Source: Phoronis australis
Taxonomy: Eukaryota; Animalia; Phoronida
Direction: 5' to 3'
DNA: 64,000 nt
Assembly (NCBI GenBank): GCA_002633005.1
Contig: NMRA01000021.1
Span: forward strand, 1,051,119 to 1,115,118
Below the pieces are notes generated by a model. The model saw nothing but the letters and a program-made list of their open reading frames with translations, did no database searches and had not been told where the DNA came from. The translations under genes and the position numbers were made by a program. The first letter of the stretch is position 1. Every line of letters begins with the position of its first letter. This document shows, one piece after another, positions 12,315 through 27,300 of the stretch.

Positions 12315-15300
12315 CTGCAGCCAAACCATAGTTGTTATTGTATAATCATGACAACCACATTTACAAGTGTCTGTTAATTACACAGTGACGCATTTACAGA
12401 AATGTAACTTTGTAGCATATTTACGTGTATACACTATAGTGTAATGACTGTACAAAGCCATGTTTACACTCAAACTAGCATGTATTATAGTGATATATTC
12501 ACATGGTAGTGCATAATTGTTACACAACGGTATATTTACAAACTCGTGTGTAATGATTACACAAAGGCACATTCACAGACTGGAGCATAGACTGTCGCAT
12601 AATCACAGGGTGGAATGTAATAATTACAGACCAGTGACATTTGTACACACTGGTTTGTACTAAACATAGTGACATGTTTACAGGTGCGTAATAAATAAAG
12701 TTACAAATTTACAGGGGTGCAATAATTACACAGTCACACATTTACAGGTGCACACAGATTTCCATAACTGAAATGGACTAAATTATGGTGATATTTGGGA
12801 AATAATATAGATATGAAAACGCATATTTGGCACAGAACTGAAACAAGACATTCCAAATATCTCATGCATATCGACTACTTGAGTTTAGGCTCGTAAACAC
12901 TTTTTATTTTTTGCAGAGAGACACAAGAATATATTTTATAATCATAGCATAAACCATACATCAAGCATATTTGTGCTTCTTATTTTACAATATTTATAAT
13001 ACTTCAATAAAAAACAAACAGTTCCATAGACTTGTGTACTCCCTAAAACACTAATAGACTGAGCAAACACAGCACTGAAAAGAAAATTTCTTGAAACAAA
13101 AATCTTGAGCAGATTGTAGGACACTTGCTAACTACGACACTTACCAAAAGTCCACTGTCCTAATTGTGCGAGGGAAATCAACAGAAGGCTAACAACAAAA
13201 TACCTATAATGATGTCTAGCATATTTGCATTGCACAATTCAGAGTAGGACAGGTGACGGATAAACTCCAAAAAATAATTATTGTCTATTCTTGTCCTCCC
13301 AACTATCATGACTGTGCAAGCATTATGTGATAACTGACATCAAATCTGAGACCCGTTCCAAGGAAACTGACTAAGCTAAGACAAATTAATTTTAAGACAA
13401 AACTTAAACTTGTCAAAAGTCCGTTTCACGAAAATGATCTCAAGTTTTTGACAAAAATTTTGTCTTAAATTTGACAAAACTTACCACATGAGGAATTTCA
13501 AATGTGGAGGTTGAGAAAATCTTAAGACTTAAGTAAAAAATGACCTGGTTTAGTGGAACGGGCTCCTGGACGACATTTTTTCACATCAAATTAATTTCAG
13601 TTTCAGTTAAATTTTTGTTCTCATCCAAAATGGTACAATTTTTTAATGAAAATTAAATTTTGTGAACTTAAGAATGATACATGTTCAGGAAGCGGAACTG
13701 ATTCCACAGCAGGACCTCTAAATTCCACTGTGATACTCTTCAGCTGTGAACCAATCGACCCCAAATCCACAATACAAACACCTGAACCTGGATGGCCCCC
13801 TTGACTCGAGATTGATTGTCACGAATGGAACATTATTGGCAGCTATTTGGAATTAACGGGCATGGCTCTGGAAATTCGTGGTACAGGTTTGATGTCTGCT
13901 GGTCCAGGACTGGTGGTTTAAAAGATCACAGATGAAATGCTCAGCCAAAGGATTCTTTGTTTCATGACCATCTTACAATAAAAAACACGAATTACAAATA
14001 CTTAAGCTGAATACACCAGTTCTTAATATCAGTGATTCTTGTGCATTCAATAACCGCCACTAGGTGTCTCTACTTACCCTCCTGCACGTTGCACCCCATA
14101 ATGAACTGCATGACTGGTGAGCTCATTTTGCCAACACCGCCACGACTGTATCCGAACACACGCAGGTTCCAGATGTTGTAGGGGTCATGGGGGATACCCA
14201 TGATCTCAATGGACGTCCTGCGACCGGCATCAATATCCCGAGCCTTGTGTATCGTCTCCCCTTGTTTCCAAATTCTCACCTACAATTATTTTTTTTCCAA
14301 TTTTGAAGCTTGGACTTTTGCCAGAGTCCATTTTAATACGTGCAAGGTTGCAACTGACTGCTGAATACATTTGACTTATTTACAATAGCTGGGAACAGGT
14401 AATGAATCCATTTTTCTAATGTATAATCAATCATTTGCAGTATATAATTAGGAAAAATCAAAAGCATCCCACATGCAAACTACCAACTAGGTTAAGGTTT
14501 GTAGCACCATAGAAAAATGTCCAAATTTGGCCAACTTCAGAACATCAATCTCGGTTATGGGAGACACAATTCATACCACTCTTTTAGACACTGCGCTTTA
14601 TGCAGTGGTCTCTAAAACCATTCTAGTTAAAATATACTTTTACTAGTGAGTTAAACTTGATAGTTTTGTAGATATTCAGTCGCCTTGAGGGAGTGTTCTG
14701 GGTCAGTTTTACCCATTATTTTTGGAGTGTTTTTCACCATCACACGGTTTTCTGCAACTCACCCCTATCACTAAAACACGCCCCTATCACTACACCACGC
14801 CCCTATCACTAAACCACGCCCCTATCCTTAAACCACTGCCCGTGAGATGACACACTCTGCTCAACATACCTTGTAACCCTGTAGAGGTTCCTCATTTTGA
14901 CCCGTGGTCACTCCACGCCATTTCAATTTGATTGTGCTAGTGTCCACTCTCATTAGAGTCAACTCCTCGGGCATGTTTATGGGTGCTGTAATAGAGGGCC
15001 ACACGTGAGTAAAGATACAAGACCACTACAGACCTCAGGTGTGTTAGTGAAAGCTATAATAGAGGAAGAAAACAGGTGAACATACGAAAGAAATGACAAC
15101 AGATCTCAGGTGTGTTAATGAGAGCTGTAATAGAGAGCCATACTTGGTACAAAACCAATTATTAATATGACTTTCAAAGTATCTATTAAGCAATACTCTA
15201 TACTTAATTTTTGACAGCTTGGTTATTGGGCTAGAATAATGATTTCAGCCCAAGGTGCTAATAAAAGAAACTGTTCACAGTTAGCATGTTTCCTAAGCCA

Positions 15301-18300
15301 AACTCCGAGTCTGTAAAGTAATGTTTATGCGATCTCGGTAACACATCATAATTTAAAAAACCTCTGTTCATATTTGTAAAGCACTTCTACGCTATTTTCA
15401 TACACACTGTAACTATGTGATCACGAATGATTTTATCACCACATAGTTTCATGGGTTTACAACTCATATTATTTTAAAGGATGAAATTTGGTCATGGGCA
15501 ATGAAAGCTGTCATATACATTAAGTGACTCTGCAACAAACAAGCACCAGAGAAACAACATACCTGACTTCAGAGTCCTCTGAAGGTAGCTCTCCGACTTA
15601 TCCCCATTGCCCGCACCATTGATTACGTTCACGGTGACACGATAGTAAGTGTCGGGCAGCAAGCCAATGATGATGCCCTCACTAGCCTGACCCCATATAG
15701 TTGCTCTCTCAGCCCGATCCTCTAGCTCTTTAAGTGTCCAATAAGAAATCTGAAACATGAAATGGTTCCACTGATTTAGCAGTTAAAACAAAGCATACTA
15801 TGTAAATAATCAGTGTTTGGTGGAGAGTTTAAATGTTCATTAGTGAGCACATTCAGGTGGAAATTGTACGCTGATTCCTGATCTCTGTGACTGCTCGGTC
15901 AAATTAGTTAGAAACACAACATATAGCCACGATGTGAATGTGAAGTAGGTTGAAAATGGCCAAATGTTTTTAAGAACGAGTTTTGTGTCGAAAGTAATCC
16001 ACCGTAAATCACTCAGCTGTGTCCAGAAAGTATCATGACGTGCTGTAAGGAAACGCCACTGCACAATGGGGGCTATGTGAGCCTTCATTATGCAGTGGTG
16101 TTAGGGAACACCACTGCATAATGAAGGCTCACACTGCACAATGAGGGATATGTGAGCCCTCAAGGTACGCCTTTAGTGCAAAGGTCAAGTATAACTTTTT
16201 TGTTTTCACAGTCATTAAGAAGTTGTCATTTAATACAACTGCACTTTGTTTGGCATAGATGATGTTCAAATAGCATTGTCATTTAGTACCTAATACATTA
16301 ACATATAGGAGCATGCAAATACCTCTTTGAGTACATGTGACTAATGGCTGGGAGAAATTTTAATTGAAGTAAATCAAAATAACCTGGATAGGCAGTCAAT
16401 CGAAAGTTCAGAAGATTGTATTGAAATCAATTAAACCTTTGACTTCAAGTTATGTGTGTGTGCTATTAGCGTGGTTAAGCCAAAAGCCGAATTAGTATCA
16501 ATCCCAGCCAACTTTATGCAATGTGCCATACCAGGTACTGTTGCACCAAGTCATGGATATCCGTATACTATTACTTACAATCTCTAGTATAAGAGATAAT
16601 AAAGTAGTAGTGTACGACACAACAAATCGGATAACCCCTCATTTTCTCTGGTATGAGGCGATAAAGTATTAGTGTACTACACACTGTACCAGATAACGAC
16701 TCGTTTTCTCTGATATGAGGCAATAAAGAAGTAGTGCACAACACACTGTACCAGGGTCCGGTCTCCAATCTTTTTACTCGAAATGGAACTCGAAATTAAG
16801 TTTGGGATATTCTACTCTACTTTTGGGCGAAATCAAGATAAGTGTCTGTTATTCTATGCTCGAGTACACAATAACTTGTGTAGATAATTTATTGCCCTTA
16901 GTTCACAGTTTGTAAACCCAATATTAAACCAATAAGTTCGAGTTTGAACTCGAAATTTCGAGTTGTAACACGAGTTTGTAGCACGAATATAAGGGTCTTC
17001 AAGGGCAAACTTACACTAGAAACTCCTATGCATAAACTATAATGTATTCGAGCACAGTCTGATAACCAATTATCTTAAGTTCGCACAAAAGGAGCAGAGA
17101 AATTGCCAAAAATAGTTTAGAGTTCGTTTCGAGTACAAAGATTAGAGACCGGGCCCAGATAACCCCTCATATTCTCTAGTATAAGAGGTAATATAGTAGA
17201 AGCGTACAACACAACGTACCAGATAACCCCTCAATTTTCCCTTCATCGCTTCTCTTGTGTCAGGTATGGGGTTCCAAAAGACTCGGAGAGCAGTAGAGTT
17301 GTAGGGTTCTGCTTTCACACCATCTGGGATGGCCGTTGGCACTGAGGAATAATTATAGAATGATACAATGTATTACAATAAATTCAAGCAAACTTAAGAA
17401 ATATAATGTAGTGTACAACAGGCTCAGTCTTTATAATTCGCGCTTAGTAATTAATAGTATGGCATTATGATATTCTGGATGCAGTCAAGTTTTATTAATA
17501 TGCCAAAACCAAAAACAACTATAATAATTAGGAAAGATAAGATTTACATAGTGCTGCAGTAAGCACTCAGAAAGGCATTACCAGGATATGGAGCCGGTGA
17601 ATCCTTCACAACTTCCCGAGAGCACACAATAGGTGCAACCGTTGTCAGAACACACCGGTTAATCCAAACATATAATTAATTTGAAAAAAATTGACAGAAT
17701 ATTGCCCCATGGTTACATGAATCATAACGGAATCCAAGGCCATCAAAATTTTTGGAAATGTGATGAGACTGTGCATTTCTGTTGCTGTTTGTGGATCCAA
17801 AACACGTCAAAATAGAGGCAGATAAGTCGTCACTACACACTTGAATAAAACCATAGACACCATACTTGTACGGGTTACCACCCATGTTCAATAATACCAA
17901 TGCATGAGTTATAAGGAGGAAGTTACATCTTTGTGAATGTCATTCTCACATGAAATATTCGTGGCATTCGGACCCTCTTCATTCACTTGTCTATGCCCGA
18001 TTTGATGATTAGAAGCATTTTCATCTTAACCTGGACAGGTTTGAGACATATTTTGTGTGACGGATAAATTAGGTGGGCTAAGAGGAAGTGCCCTTCAAGT
18101 GAACTTCAGTCAAACAAATAAAATCATTAATCACCAAAAATGGTAATAACTCACTTTCTTCTGACGACTTGACAGTAACCACTGCCGACAGGGGACCATT
18201 GCCAACTATGTTTTTCGCTCTCACAGCAATTTCATAATCGGAGTAAAACTTGAGCGCCCCCACAGTCTTCACGTATCGTCCCCGCTTCAGATTCTCTGGC

Positions 18301-21300
18301 AATTTCACTGTTGCCTAAAGAAAAAAAGACATTTGAATACAAGCTCCATCGGATGCAAGAGTAACAAAACCCTTCACTGATCTCTCACAATACAGACCAC
18401 GATGACCTCTGACCTTTGACCTCTGGGATTAGGACCACGCGCTTCTCAGTGAAGCTACATTTGTGTAATAAATTAGATACACGCATTTTTTTTTTGTAGC
18501 AAAATGCATCGATTTTGATATAGGGGCCTAAATTAGCACACATTTATGGTGTTACAATAGCTTTCAAATATTTTTTAAACAAGGTTATTCTGGCAGACCA
18601 ATTTGAAATCTGTAGCTCGTATTGATGATCAATAAGAAAACAACACTGAAGACCAATCAGAAATGTCTTTACTTACAGAGGACCAATCGGAATCCGTTTG
18701 ACCAGGTAACCTCCAATATACAATGTACTGGACATCTCTGCCATGGTATTCAGCTCTAGTTAGTGCCTAAAATCAACACAACAACCATTACAAGTACCAA
18801 CAAAAACAACGCATATTGGGCACAAACGGAACAACATATTCATCAAGACCATATTTTCGACTTTCCTGCATCTAGTTCCTAAACTAAGCTCACTTTGTCT
18901 GGAGAAAATAATCATTGTCTGGTTCCAACAGGTTTCCCCGTGTTGGGTCAAGTCTGTATAGTTCGGGTTCTCATAGAAATAAGTAAACCTGAATAACTTT
19001 CGTAAAGCGGTGGACTGATTTTGACATGTCCAGTCACATGAGTTATGCTCAGTTTGCTGCAAGTTTTCAGCTAAACATTGATTAATATTTCCACACCAAA
19101 AACACGCGGTTAATAATAGGCAGAAACTAAGTATGTTAATATAGTGAGCAGACTAGACTTATCGGGGGTCTGACTATTCTTCACAATTGCTGAATAAAGG
19201 TTTAACCAAGTAATTATTAGCATGTCAGTTTCGAAATAATAATCTCATGAACTAGCTAAATGTGTGTATACTGTCAGACATGTTGGATGTTTGCGCAAGT
19301 GAGATTTAATTAATTTTCAGGTGGAGCATAACACCAAATATCTGCCTTAAGTCTGAAGACCGGTTTTTGAAATCTACGATTCAGTTGTGCAAACAGAGTT
19401 GTCCAAGTGGGTTTATTGACCAGTCGAGGTTTATCCACCCTATTAGGCAGTTTGTCAAGTTCAAAGGACAACAATTAGATAACAATCTGGTGGTTGAACC
19501 AAAATCATCAAACTGCAAGACTGAATATACCAAATGAAAAGAGTGAAGATTTGGTGAGAGTAGGATGACCTAAATTGCATCTTAAGAGAGAAACAGCTTG
19601 CATTCAAGACCATGTAGGCCTTGATTCACAGGGACTATTGTCAGTACGTCATATTCACAGCTGAACAGTAGAGGCACGTCGACAAGAGCATGGAAAGTGT
19701 AAATAGTGAATATGCTGTTAGTCAGAACAGTGCAGTCTAAGACAATTTGTTTCTCACAGCAGAACAAATGGCGAGATTCACTGAAATAACTTTACACCGG
19801 AGGAGACATAGATGCGCCCAGTTTTAATTAAAGATGAAGACAACTTTTGCCAAGCCCGGATTAGCAACTTCTGACTTACATCCCATTGCATAACAAGATC
19901 TCCCACTTTGCCTGATCCTCCAGTGACATTCCTTGGAGCGACTCTTGGAGCTGTCTCGCCAGTGGTGCACTTGGCTGAAAATGAACACCTGGTGTCAATG
20001 AGGAGAACTAATTACCATGATCACTTGCTTACCCAGGAGGCATTTTGAAAGTCACTTGGGACCAAGAAACAGAATGGGAACTGTGAATTGTCTCCAACAT
20101 TTCAGCCTCGCCATCCAATCACTGTCAGTGGAAACTATTTTTCTGCCTGAGTGAACACCGAGTACATACTTGCGAAATACTTCACCTGGCAGATGATCTC
20201 ATCAGACTCATTCTATAGAATGCTCTAAGTAAGTATGAAAGGGTCTATGGAGTCATAAGGTCAAGTAATTCCATGTAAACCATTTTCCAAGAAATTCATT
20301 TGCCAAAAGTTACTTTGCAAAACAGTCTGACTAAAAGTACAGTAAGGTCAAGAGTTCAAAATGTACAATTATTTTCCCCGAGAAACCAATTTGCTTAAAA
20401 ATTCATTTGCAAATAAAAGGTACTTCTAAAACAGTGACTTAAATTATGTGCCTGGAAACTTCTTAAAAATAAACAACAGTATTCAGCCACACTCTGACAA
20501 ACTTGGATGAACATCTTGCCAGAATTATTGGATAATTAATATTTGTCACAACAATATAACATTTTATTCAAAGTTTAGTCAGACTACTGTGAAGTTATAG
20601 TTCCTCGCCATTGACTGTTAGACAAGTTGCCTAGAGCAACTTCTGTCGAGATTTTGTCAAAAAATTTTCAGAACGAAAATGTGTTCTAGTCCAAAAGAAA
20701 TGGACACGAAGTTGCAAATTTGTGCGGCAAAACTTTAAATTTAGACACTGTCCAGAACTACCACAGTGCAATATGTGATATGGACATTATTATAGAGCAA
20801 ATGATGAAAGAGTACAAGGCAAAAGTAACCAGACAAAATTCTGGTTTCCTGTCATGATGATCAATTCTTTTAACAGCTAAAATTATCGAGCGTAATTCCT
20901 CTTCATTCTCGGTCACGAGGAAAGATGATGAATTCTGCTTCCTCCCAGTTGTCATGAACGGGAATCCTTTGTTATTTTGTCTGAAAACTTTTGCCTTGTA
21001 CTGTAAGTAAGTCGTAGAAGAGCAGACAGGCCTTTCATTGAAACTGACACAAGAATTTATTCCAGTCAGTACCTCTGAGACAGATAACACATCCCTTCTG
21101 CTGTAAGAAATTAACTAATTCGTCATGACCTTGAACCACTCAACAAATCTTGATTACAGATAGCAGACGTCAACAACTCACGTGAACTTTGGCTGGGTGG
21201 TCCAACACCGTACTTGTTTGCAGCGCGCACTCTGAACGTGTACGTACTATAGGCATTCAAACCTCCCACTGTTGCCCGCTTTTGGTTGTTGTCTAGATTG

Positions 21301-24300
21301 CCAGGTATCTCAGCATCTCTCGCGAGAAGGTCTAAATGAGGCACAAATCAATCATTATTTGAGACATAGTGCTTGAATGATGCACAATAAGTTGAAGAGA
21401 GAAAAGCCGATTTGAATATTCAATGATTCAACATTCCAACCTCACCGGCCAATCGCTCCATTGGCTGCCATTTTGTTAATAAGCACCCAAACATACATGT
21501 ATAAAACTTGCCTTTGATTTGCAGCATTTCGCTGATAGCTTTATCTAACATTGTCATGCACAAGGTGTGTTCATTTTTAACTCATTCCTCCCTGATCCTG
21601 CCTTATGGCGTGACTGTTTGTTTACACTCAGGGCCTGATACCGTCTGGAGGCATTATCTAAACAATGTATCTCACAGGCAGATCACGTCCTCAGGAGGGT
21701 CAGAAGGCAGCAATTTATTGGTTTATCTAAGGGTATTCCCAGTTTTCTATCCAATGAGGATTGAGACACCAGACTCTGTATTAACTTATTGTTTGTGAAG
21801 TTAATGCCTATTGGCTGTTATTTCTGGACTTTAGAACCATTTCTTCACAAGCTAATTATCAATTCAAGGAAAAACCAGGGAGCTTGTTAACTTTGTAGTG
21901 CTTGTTGAAACTTTTGAAAGATAGAGAAATATAGTATGGTTGTTTGATTTGAAGACTAGATTGGAGAGCTAATTGCTTTGAATTTGAGTCTAATTGGTAT
22001 TACATAACACTGCTGTCACCACTTAATCATCTGCTAGGGTGCCCCTGTTTATTTTGTTGCAACTGACCAGATTACAGAAACAAAATGTCCAGTTACTGGG
22101 AACATTCTACTCTGTCACTGGCACTGTGTTCACTTGAAATACTGCCTTGGTATTGCCTTGATATCATCTCTGCTGCTCTCACAGTTCTTGAAGTTTTTAT
22201 CAGGGAGGATAGTGTGGATACTGATGACACTGGTCACATTTAGATATAGACTTCAGTGATTATGGATATGATAGTGTGGATACTGATGGCACCGAGTGGT
22301 CAGATTTAGATACAGATTTCAGTGATGAGGAACGCTTTCCTGATATGTTTTCTGGAAATTTAAATGGATTATTTGTAAACAAACGTCTTTGTTTCTGGAA
22401 ACAAAAAGTGAAACTGCACGTTCAACCCTTTATCAGTATTGAACTTGGATAAATTTTATATCAACACGGACCTCAATTACTCAAGATGTATTGTTGAACA
22501 TTTGGTAAGTTCATGTTTATTAATGACTTAGTAACGAGGTTTTAATTAAGTGCAATGCTTGTGACCTAGTTCTGAGTGAAATACCCTCCGACTTCAAGGG
22601 GGTAGCCAGGCCACTAAGCAATTTATATCATATGGCGCTCAGGGTCAAATGAGTTAACCTTACCAGAGTTGACCTCCCACTTTCCGACTATTTCGATGCG
22701 GGCCTCGACCCTGAAGCCGGTGGTGGGTGCTTGGTACATCGTCTCGCCCTCGTTCCAGGTCAAAGAGGCACTACTGGCACTGATCACATTACAGTCGACG
22801 CCAGCGGGGGGTCCAGGGGGACCTGCAAAGCATAAATGATAACGTCGTGCTAGATACAAAATTAAAGAGGCGTGTCTCTTAAAGCATCAGGGGATATAAT
22901 TCTTTTTGCCGTATTTGTCTCATGCAACAAGCAACACGGATAAAATGTAGTTCACTGAGTCCATCAACGGAAGACTCGCCTCCACTAAATCGATTTATTT
23001 AATTTCGAAATTCAGTTTGACCTAGATGGCGCTGCAAGGGGTTTTGAGCTAGTCATACAAAATTACATATCCCAAAATGCATGCATGAGATCACTAGTGA
23101 GTATCATCATAATAGACTTTGTGAAAGTCTAAACAAAGCACCCACAATCCTGTGAGCCCCTACTCAAACCATTACGGCGACATCCCTTTGCTCCCAACTT
23201 GTTCGATTCTATAGCCCAACAACAAGTTGGGAAGTTTACCCCCCGTAGCCAATATCTTACACGACTGATTAACTCCATTCTGGCATTTATGGTTGGAGGG
23301 CCTGCGCTCTTTTGTTCGATAATTGCTCTAATCTCCGATCAGATCGTATCTAGCCTGACTGGGCTGGGCTGATAAAATGAAAGTTAAGTTATAACAGATA
23401 TGAGCTTAAACCAATAGCATTTCTGAATTCCTCGTCAAGTGCTGATCATGTTCCGCTTTTGAATCACCAAAATCACCCAACTACAACAGAATTTATAAAG
23501 ACAATCTATTCTGTCCAAACGGATTAGCAATGCGCTGGGATTGACTGTGTTAATAAGTGTTCGGTAATAGCGTGCAACCACCATACATTTCCATTGAAGC
23601 CTGGGAGATAATTGGCCAGCTTGTTATCATACGGGACAAAAGACTGAGCTGGGCAGTTAACAAAAGAACCAGATGTTATCGCACGTTCAGCACCCCTCAT
23701 GTCTGGAAAGTTGCTGAAGGACAGAACGCTGTAATGCCTTAGCCAATATTCCAGAAGAACTTGTCAAACACGATGTGCCTGCCTGTGACAATCAATGACT
23801 ACATTCGCCACATGCAGCAAATGTTTAATTGACTGTTGTACACAGAGCTGGTGACATATACATCTATCAACAGGTGTATGAAAACATAGCACTGACATAC
23901 GCACCCAATAGTATAAGCTCCGCCTCTCTGGACGTCTCATCTGCTACAGTGCGGGCAATACACCTGTATTTGCCTGCCATGTCGTAGCCGATGTAACGGA
24001 AGTACAAAACGCCAGCATTATTACCACTTCCCTGAAAAATGGAGGCGCGAAACAACTTCAGCAAAAATGACAGCTTAGTGAAGAATTTTAATATTTTGAA
24101 TTAACAAATTTGCTTTAAAACATACAATTCATTGCTTTAGTTCAACAAAGATTCAGAAATAAAATGAGTTCACAAACTATTATCATCCATTTCTACCATT
24201 GTTGTCATAGTAACAATTTGCAAATGCTGGTAGTCATGTTGTTCAGGGAGGACCTCTACTGGAATCCGTTTCAATTCAGCCTAAATCTCGATAAAACTTT

Positions 24301-27300
24301 GATAGGTGTTGCTCTATCCGCAAGAAAATCGCGACAGAGTTTTGTCCATAAAATTAAGAGCTATATGCATTTCACTGCTATGTAATTCTGGCACTTAGTA
24401 GTTAAGTGTTCTAATACACCAACACTATTGAAACAGCTACAGAGGATAATTCTTAGGCTAGATGGTGCGTGACGGGAATCAGTCACCTGATAAAACTTGT
24501 GACCGTTGCGGCGGAAATCAATCAAGTTGCCATTCAGCTCCCAGATGTAGACCTCATCGAGACGGGGATTGTAATTGGCTACGCAAGTGAAGTTGCGTTT
24601 TGTCTTGGACACATCTTCACCAATAGTCGCATAAATTGTTATCGGTGGTTCCGACAGTGATGTCTTGGCTGAAAGGATATTAGGTATTTTGTTTTAGCCT
24701 TTTTGTTCGCACAGCAAGTATTTTGATGAACAATTTAACTAGGTCCACCTGCAAAGCCAGTATAACCTTGTATTGCACACCTGTGGGCTTTTGACTATTT
24801 TGAGAAACAAACTCGTGTCATTCACACATCACTCAAGTAGAGAGTGCCAGTACATATCCTGGGTTCACACCAAATTATTTTGGGACACAACAAATTTCAC
24901 GGTTACCCTTCACTTTGTGTAAGTCAGTTTGCCACAATTCTACTGGTTTTAGCCCAGAGGAGGTATTTAATGCAAGTTCAAAATGTGCACGACCCTAACT
25001 TATTTCAGCTTATCTTGAAATTAAAGATATTTGAAATTGTAGAATTGTGTACTTCACAAAAAGATCAAAATATCACTTAAAGAAATATTTTTCATTTCTT
25101 TTTTGAGACGATTTGCCCAGCCATCATTTTAGCGGTCGTAGCATTGTGACTATTTTTTAATCAGACTCTCCATTAAACTTCTTTCCATCAACTAATCCCC
25201 AACCACTATCTCTCTCAGCATTGAGACAGTGACATCTATACTCACAGAATATCATTAGTTTAGTTGTATTCTGAGCCTGCCCCAGTCTGTTCTTCACCAC
25301 ACAAGTGTATTCCCCCCTATCCGCAGTCCTCTGTAGGTTAGAAATGTACAGACTGCCATCCAGCAAAAGCCGCACCCTGGCCGAAATGGAGTTACTGACG
25401 GAGATGGCCTGACCATTCTTGCGCCACGTTCGCTGCCCCTTAGGTGCTGCCTCAGGTTGGCAAGGCAAGGTGACGTTGCCACCTTCCGTTCCTAGCAACT
25501 CACGAATCATTGGCTTCTTGTTAAAGTTGGGCTTAAATTCTACAAGAGAAGAATCACAAACAATTGTATGCCCAGATATAATACTTTCTAGTGCTTCCTG
25601 AGATTAACTCTCCATAAATTTGATTTTTCCTAATAATAAACATTGAAAAAAACAACCGTACTCACAGGCACTAAGATGAATTGGTACCACGGCCAAATTC
25701 ACCATGCTCATAGCTGTAACTACACATAAGCTTTTTTGCAAGAGATTAGCATTAAAATATTCTGTCAGCTACAAAACTAAGCGCAAAATTTTGATTCAAA
25801 CATTAAGGTTTGGCTTGGCAGTCAACACGGAAGTCTTGTTTTTAGACAGACCAGTACTCTTGATAGAAGGCCTTGGTAATTTATGCGGTAGTGTTTGTAG
25901 ATAGTAGTTAGAATAAAGAAACAGAATCCACCCAAAAATCGACATTGGAAATTATTACTAGGTGAAAATCGTGTTTATAATTATCGTGTTTAAATTTAGA
26001 GAAACACGTAAAGTCCTGCAAAGCCTTAAGATAATTATATAGTTTCTACAAGTTGAAAAATAGCATTTAAAATTGTCACCTTGAAAACAAGCGTAAAATT
26101 ACATTTAATGTGTCTAATAGCAAAATGAATGTAAAAATACTTGACTTGCAACACAGCACAACTTGATTGTATTGAGAAGTCGCCTTCAAAGCAACCTAGC
26201 TCACCTAGAACACGCAGCTCTGCCGATGTGTAGTTACTTCCGTGGAAATTAGTAGCTGCGCACTGATACATTCCATCGTCGTAGTCTGCTTCCACCGTTT
26301 TGATGGAGAGAATATCCCGGGCGGCGCTCCATGAAATTCTGTTCAGCATATTCGCCGGTATCGTAGAGGCCGAGAACGACTGGCCATTCTTGTACCACTG
26401 GTAGGTGACGTCTGGTTTACCCTCCGCGCGACACTTCCACTCCACGTCGGCACCAACATCCACAAACTTGTTCTCCAGAGGGAACGTGAAAAACGGAATG
26501 GCTAAATGAAAAGGTAAAGGTGAAATTTTCCTGATGTAATGTTGCCTGTAAGATCACCATTATAAGAGTCCTCACTACATGATACAAGGTACACTCCTCA
26601 AGAACTGAAAGAACTCCATTTGACTGTTTTAATAATTACCTTATGTACTTAGTTAAAACTCAAATAAAAAGGCAAGACCACCAAATGGAAAGCTGAAAAA
26701 TCCAAGTAAAACCGCTGAGCAAATTTTAAAATAGGTGAGTGAAACTTCAGTACAAAAAAGGTGGACATTGACAAGTATACAATTTAATGAAAAGCATAAG
26801 CAGTGGTAGAATACAGGACAAATAACACCAATGCACATCGGTAAGGGGTCATAACTCCCTATGCCTATAAATGAAACTTCAGTGCCTGTGTCCAAATGTG
26901 CTGGACATGAAAACTTTTATACAAAAAATTAATACATTAGTTCGAATAAACACACATGAGCCTATGGTGTTAAGTGTACCTACATTAAACCCGGCACCAT
27001 CACTTACCTTGAGGATTGACTGAAATGTCTTTAAAAACGGTCGCGCCAGATTGACGCTTCACAGTACACCTGTATTTCCCAGCGTCCCTCAGACTGATGT
27101 CGGGAATGACGAGCACGCGATGAAAGTCCTCAGTGTAAGCTTTACGCGGGAATGCATTGCCATCAACCCTCGTCCAGGTGTACTCCAGGATGCCCCTGTG
27201 TTACAAGTTACGTTCAGGTGAAATCAAGGTGATTAAATACGCTTAGAATTAACTTACCGTACAGTGCAGCAGGGTTTCTTCACATTCAAATGAATACAAT

